A stretch of DNA of 63,643 bases, the filler included, from Octopus bimaculoides (Eukaryota): the NCBI RefSeq assembly GCF_001194135.2. It is 4 parts of 3 records of this genome, joined end to end, with 100 filler letters (N's around TTAATTAATTAA, not from the genome) between each part and the next. Parts side by side here need not be neighbours in the genome. Positions count along the whole stretch, not along the records: positions 27,871 to 58,527 come from NC_068989.1; positions 58,628 to 62,101 come from NC_068994.1; positions 62,202 to 63,643 come from NW_026342586.1; 1 more part is not named here. One strand, written 5' to 3'. Below the pieces are notes generated by a model. That model searched no databases. It saw nothing but the letters and a program-made list of their open reading frames with translations, and was not told where the DNA came from. Position 1 is the first letter of the stretch. Every line of letters begins with the position of its first letter. Below are positions 58,420 through 63,643 of the stretch, in pieces. The translations under genes were made by a program, and so were the position numbers.

Positions 58420-58527
58420 TGTTTGTCCCCCTAACATCGCTTGACAACCGATGCTGGTGTGTTTACGTCTCCGTAAACAAGCGCTTCGGCAAATGAGTAC
58501 GATAGAATAAGTACTAGGCTTACAAAG
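58420..58527 (+). mobile_element. SINE family B, truncated by gap
   Basis: Family match. Confidence 0.85.
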
Positions 58528-58627
58528 NNNNNNNNNNNNNNNNNNNNNNNNNNNNNNNNNNNNNNNNNNNNTTAATTAATTAANNNNNNNNNNNNNNNNN
58601 NNNNNNNNNNNNNNNNNNNNNNNNNNN
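58528..58627. other. Assembly spacer N44-TTAATTAATTAA-N44
   Basis: Same construct as 27771-27870. Confidence 0.95.
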
Positions 58628-59705
58628 CCTACATATGCCATCATATTCACACACACACACACACACACACTCATCCTTTTCTCTCTCTCTGTCTCTCTCA
58701 CATATATATACATGCATGCATACATACATACACCTCTCTGTCGTTCTCTTTCCCCCCCTCTCTCTCTCTCCAGCTCTCAGTCTCTCTCCCCTTGTCTCTC
58801 TCTCTCTCTCACCACACACCCACCCACTCTATCATTTTGATACAATCGAAATCCGAAGACATCATTGAATAATTCTATGGTACTTCACAATACAAACCCT
58901 TGCAATGTTTTTTTCAGTATTCTCTCTCTGTCTGCCTGCCTATTTGTCTGTCTCTTTCTGTCTCTGTCTCTCTCTCTCTCTACACGCGCGCTCGTTCATT
59001 CCTTAAGTGAACGGATCTCTATCAGTTTCGACGGTGAATTTTCGAGTTTTCCCGTTCACTGAGCCGCCTAACTCTTTCACTGAATATATTGCTGTAAGTA
59101 GCTGATTACCTCACAATCACTTATAAACGCTTATATTTCATATATTCTTCAACGGTATTGAACAGACAGAATCAGTGTTACACAGTGTATGGCATAACTA
59201 ACTGCTTTGAACGGTGGGTGCCTATTCGTCTGTCCCTGTCTGTCTGGTCCTTACCGACTAATTACCATTGCATTGACAATTTGTAAGTCAGAAATCGAAA
59301 GAACGCCGCCCGTTCGGCATCAGTTCTTCGCGTCTATGTGTATATCTGTAGGTATGACTATATATGTGTGTGTGTGTGTGAGAGAGACGAAACATTAATG
59401 TCTGTCCCTCGTGTAACAGGATCTGATGCGAGTTATCTCGCTTGCCTATGACTCCTAGGTGTTTTAACACCAGGTGTATTGATGAGAATATATTCTCTTA
59501 CGCCCATAAGAGCAGCCTACCCGCGGACTAGCAAAACATGTACCTTGTGCGTGTCCGATATTCTTTATATCCCTGGGACTGTTTCTCATATTTGAATATA
59601 CATTTATACAAAATATATATTGTATATTGTATTATGTATGTATGTATGTATGTATGTATGTATGTATGCATGCATGCATGATGCATGTATGTGTGTGTAT
59701 ATATA

Positions 59706-59736
<31 letters not shown>

Positions 59737-59749
59737 GTGTATGTGTCTG

Positions 59750-59950
59750 TGCTTGTCCCCGCCACCATCGCTTGACAACCGATATTGGTGTGCTTACGTC
59801 CCCGTAACTTAGCGGTTCGGCAAAGGAGCCGATAGAATAAGTACCAGGCTTACAAAGAATAAGTCCTGGGGTCGATTTGTTCGATTAAAGGCGATGCTCC
59901 AGCATGGCCGCAGTCAAATGACTGAAACATGTTAAAAAGAATAAAAAGAA
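59750..59950 (+). mobile_element. SINE family B, CpG-intact
   Basis: Family match with nearly all CpGs retained. Confidence 0.9.
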
Positions 59951-59964
59951 CATGTATGTATACT

Positions 59965-60016
<52 letters not shown>

Positions 60017-60049
60017 NNNNNNNNNNATGTATGTATGTATGTATGTATA

Positions 60050-60128
60050 TTGATCGCTAGCCACTAAACCTTTTTTGTTTTCTCTCCCTGTTAATTTCTG
60101 TGTTCCTTTCTGTTGAAGAGCGTCGGCT
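60050..60128 (+). mobile_element. PLE family P3 terminal fragment
   Basis: gatcgctagccacta...ttcctttctgttgaagagcgtcggct matches 50452-50528. Confidence 0.7.
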
Positions 60129-60595
60129 GGGTTCTTCTAACAAAGATACAAAGCTCCGTCTTTGGAATGTAGACAACGAAAACAATGTCATGTTTTAAAC
60201 CTGAGAAAAGTTTTACCTAGTTTTAACTGTTGCGCTTACAGATTGTATTTGTAATGTACGAATCAGTTAATTGAATTCTTTTTCTGAAAATCCAAGCTTA
60301 TCCACACTGACAGTTGGACATTTACTTATAAAACCAAGTGTTTCAGTTATTATTAGTATAAATATAAATTTGAAATACGGAATTAGAAGCTGGAGATTTT
60401 GAAGCAGTTGTCCATAGCTATCTTCTTTCTCTTTGATTTTCAAAGAGATATTTACATCAGCAGGACAGCTGACCTCTATTACGATACATACCTTTTTTTC
60501 TAGTGTGTCCCAAACAATAATATCCAGCCTGTTATGGTTATACTTGACAGATGTTTTGATGGCAATGTTCCTCCAGTATTCTTTGTTGCATTCCT
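60129..60595 (-). mobile_element. REL-endonuclease non-LTR retrotransposon (R4/Dong-like) 3' end
   Basis: EYW.NIAIKTSVKYNHNRLDIIVWD..EKK..VIEVSCPADVNISLKIKEKEDSYGQLL...LQIQSVSATVK; 5' junction abuts (CATA)n. Confidence 0.8.
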
Positions 60596-60644
60596 ATGTA
60601 TGTATGTATGTATGTATGTATGTATGTATGTATGTGAATCTTCG

Positions 60645-60968
60645 TGGGACTCCGTCGGTTACAACTACGGGGGTTCCAGTTGATCCAGTCAACAGAACAG
60701 CCTGCTCTTGAAATTAACGTGCAAGTGGCTGAGCACTCGACAGACACGTGTACCCTTAACGTAGTTCTCAGGGAGATTCGATATGACACAGAGTATGACA
60801 AAGCTGGCCCTTTCAAATACAGGTACAGCAGAAACAGGAAGTAAGAGTGAGAGAAAGTTGTGGTGAAAGAGTACAGCAGGATTCGCCACCATCATCCCCT
60901 GCTGGAGCCTCGTGGAGCTTTAGGTGTTTTCGCTCAATAAACACTCACAACGCCCGGTCTGGGAATCG
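60645..60968 (-). mobile_element. SINE family D (tRNA head remnant plus Deu/Nin-like domain)
   Basis: B-box GTTCGATTCCC at the 5' end; body shared with 33838-33972. Confidence 0.8.
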
Positions 60969-61013
60969 AACAACAAACAACAACAACAAACAACAGCAAC
61001 AACAATAATAATG

Positions 61014-61044
<31 letters not shown>

Positions 61045-61049
<5 letters not shown>

Positions 61050-61260
61050 GTGTCAAATTTTGGCACAGGGCCAGCTATTTTGGGGGAGGAGGTAAGTCGA
61101 TTAGATTGACCCAGTATTCAGCTGGTACTTATTTCCTCAACGCCGAAAGGATGAAAGGCAAAGTCTATCTCGGCTGAAGTTGAACTCAGAACGAAGAGAC
61201 GGACGAAATGCCGCTAAGCATTTTTCTTGGTGCAGAAACAATTTTGCCATCTCATCGCTT
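61045..61260 (-). mobile_element. SINE family C, CpG-intact, next to (AAT)n
   Basis: Family match (acggacgaaatgccgctaagc). Confidence 0.85.
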
Positions 61261-62061
61261 TTCCTGATAACAATAACGGAATATTCGTCTTTAGAAAAAA
61301 AAACGTAAAGAAAAAATGTGTGAATGACACAACACATTTACATAATGCTACAAGGTCGATTGGCAGACAATAATTAGTCGAGTATCAATAGAGACTGGAT
61401 TATGAATAAATAATATACAGGCGAATATCCGTATCTGTTGAGCATAGGATGTGAAATTGGGTCAGCAAAGAGAGACGTAGTTGATTGTGTGTGTGTTTAT
61501 TTATTCATAAATCCACGCTGTTGTTAGCACTTTAGTCATTATATATACATGTGTACAAACAATCCGCCACTCCGCGCGCGACCACACGAACACACGAACA
61601 CACATACATGCATGCGCGCTCGCACATACACCACACACACACATACACACATACACACACGCACACACACGAATCAATTATAGATCCATTTCAGACGATC
61701 TTATCATCGGTTTCGCACTGAGTGTTAAGTAACCGTGTATTAGATAACAGTGCGGTTAACAAACACCACGCACTCTCCAGAGATGGCATATGTACGTACG
61801 TACGTATGTATGTATGTATGTACGTACGTACGTATATATATATATATACATTTACACGCACAAACAGTGAGGTCTCTAATCTGTCCCGGACATCTATTCG
61901 TTAGCCAACTTTTGTTTACCTGAGTAATTGAAATACGCACAAACAGTGGTATTCCTTTGCAAGCTACACCGAAACTCCACATAACAGATATGAAGTAATG
62001 TTTTATTTGTCACTCCATCAAAGATTGCCGAAGAATTTACATCAGCCGAGCTACTAACCCC

Positions 62062-62101
<40 letters not shown>

Positions 62102-62201
62102 NNNNNNNNNNNNNNNNNNNNNNNNNNNNNNNNNNNNNNNNNNNNTTAATTAATTAANNNNNNNNNNNNNNNNNNNNNNNNNNNNNNNNNNNNNNNNNNN
62201 N
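62102..62201. other. Assembly spacer N44-TTAATTAATTAA-N44
   Basis: Same construct as 27771-27870. Confidence 0.95.
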
Positions 62202-62900
62202 GCCTAGGTGAATTCAAAATCAAATTACCCAATGACCTTTACCTTGAAAGTGGTACCCTTTCAAATCTATGTGATTTTGTATACGCTGACCTTAAAAATA
62301 ACTTGACAAACCCTGTGTGGCTTGCAAATAGAACCATCGTTACTCCAACAAATGAAGCAGCACAGTTTGTGAATGATTTTCTGTTGACCAGGATCCCTGG
62401 TGAGCTAAAAAAATATACAGAAGCTCAAATACATTTGATAATGAAACTCTCAGGGTTTCCACCACACGTTCTCAAAGTTAAGAAAAAGACGATGTATAAT
62501 GCTTCTGAGAAATTTAGATGCTACTAATGGACATTGCAATGGCACACACTACATCGTTGTCAGTTTACATGGTCATGTTATTGAGGCTGAGGTTGCTTCC
62601 GGTCCTTGTGCAGGATCAACTCTGCTAACCCCAAGAATACCACATGTATCTCAAGAAATGGAATTTCCGTTTGCATTTACACATAAACCATTTCCTGTCA
62701 AGCCAGCTTTTGCCTTGACATGTAACAAGGCAGAGAGACAGACTTTGGAACAAATTGGAATATATCTTCCGACGCAATTCTTCTCACATGGTCAAGCTCT
62801 ATGTTACATTATCTAGAGTCCGAGAGAAGGCTAATCTAAAAATATTGGCCGAGAGAAATGGAAACAATATGATTACTGACAATTGTGTCTACAAGTAGAT
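62202..62900 (+). mobile_element. Helitron Pif1-type helicase C-terminal fragment (frameshifted)
   Basis: WLANRTIVTPTN; SGFPPHVL; MLLRNLDATNGHCNGTHY...PRIP...FPVKPAFALTCNKA..QTL...GIYL...FSHGQ. Confidence 0.9.
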
Positions 62901-62952
62901 ACTACAAGTAGATACCACACACACACACACATACATATATATACATATATAT

Positions 62953-63117
62953 ACGACGGTCTTCTTTCAGTTTCCGTCTACCAAATCCACTCACAAGGCT
63001 TTGGGTGGTCCGAGGCTATAGTAGAAGACACTTGCACAAGGTATACTATGCAGTGGGACTGAACCCGGAACCATGCGGTTGAGAAGCAAGCTTCTTACCA
63101 CACAGCCACTCCTGCAT
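62953..63117 (-). mobile_element. SINE family A
   Basis: Family match on the minus strand. Confidence 0.88.
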
Positions 63118-63144
63118 GTATATATCTATGTGCGCGCGTCTTTG

Positions 63145-63368
63145 TGTCGGTGTGTCTCCCCCGCTATCACCGCTTAACAGCCGGTGTTGGTGTGTTTACG
63201 TTCCCGTAACTTAGCGGTTTGGCAAAAGAGGCCGATAGAATATGTACTAGGTCTTTAAATAAAATAAAGAAGTGCCGGAGTGAGGGTGGGGGGTCGATTT
63301 GCTCGACTACAAAACCCTTCAAGGCGGTGCTCCAGTATGGCCGCAGTCAAATGAATGAAACAAATAAA
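63145..63368 (+). mobile_element. SINE family B
   Basis: Family match with CpGs intact. Confidence 0.88.
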
Positions 63369-63401
63369 GGAATAGACATTATACACATATGAGTATGTGT
63401 G

Positions 63402-63449
<48 letters not shown>

Positions 63450-63643
63450 GATAGCTGTGCCCTGTTACAAACGCACACGTTTGTACAAGTACACACGTGT
63501 GACAGTGTATATACAAAGATATGTACATGTACATGTAAATATACACCCTTCACTAAATAAACATTCAATTAAGATTTTTTTTCCTAGCAACATATGTTGG
63601 CTGTTAATACGTTATACGTATGTAAGCATGTATATATATATAT

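Noticed and set aside
60129-60190. WD40-like peptide GSSNKDTKLRLWNVD on the plus strand
   Set aside because: It is the antisense of the REL retrotransposon 3' UTR, which is also present at 20175-20235.

Overview
AT-rich, microsatellite-dense eukaryotic DNA with many assembly gaps. Its repeat repertoire (tRNA-derived SINEs, RTE tails, Dong/R4, Penelope-like elements) resembles a coleoid cephalopod, probably Octopus; this is an inference and no search was run. No intact cellular gene, rRNA, tRNA or CRISPR array is supported. The window is almost entirely decayed mobile DNA: (1) at least four Penelope-like (PLE) families, whose termini carry at least three distinct type I hammerhead ribozyme folds (best copies 16743-16788 +, 58155-58223 + and 323-390 -) and which sit in fold-back or tandem architectures; (2) a cluster of R4/Dong-type REL-endonuclease retrotransposons abutting microsatellites, one of them split in frame by a Chapaev3-like DNA transposon (46770-49136); (3) a DD37D maT/mariner derivative, two Helitron RepHel remnants, Tx1 and RTE fragments, several MITEs and dozens of SINEs. 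Copies of the same SINEs are strongly CpG-decayed left of about 27.8 kb and CpG-intact to the right, which suggests a methylated gene body whose exons I could only tentatively locate. Three identical 100-bp N44-TTAATTAATTAA-N44 spacers are assembly artefacts. Coordinates of degenerate elements are approximate (about +/-20 bp).
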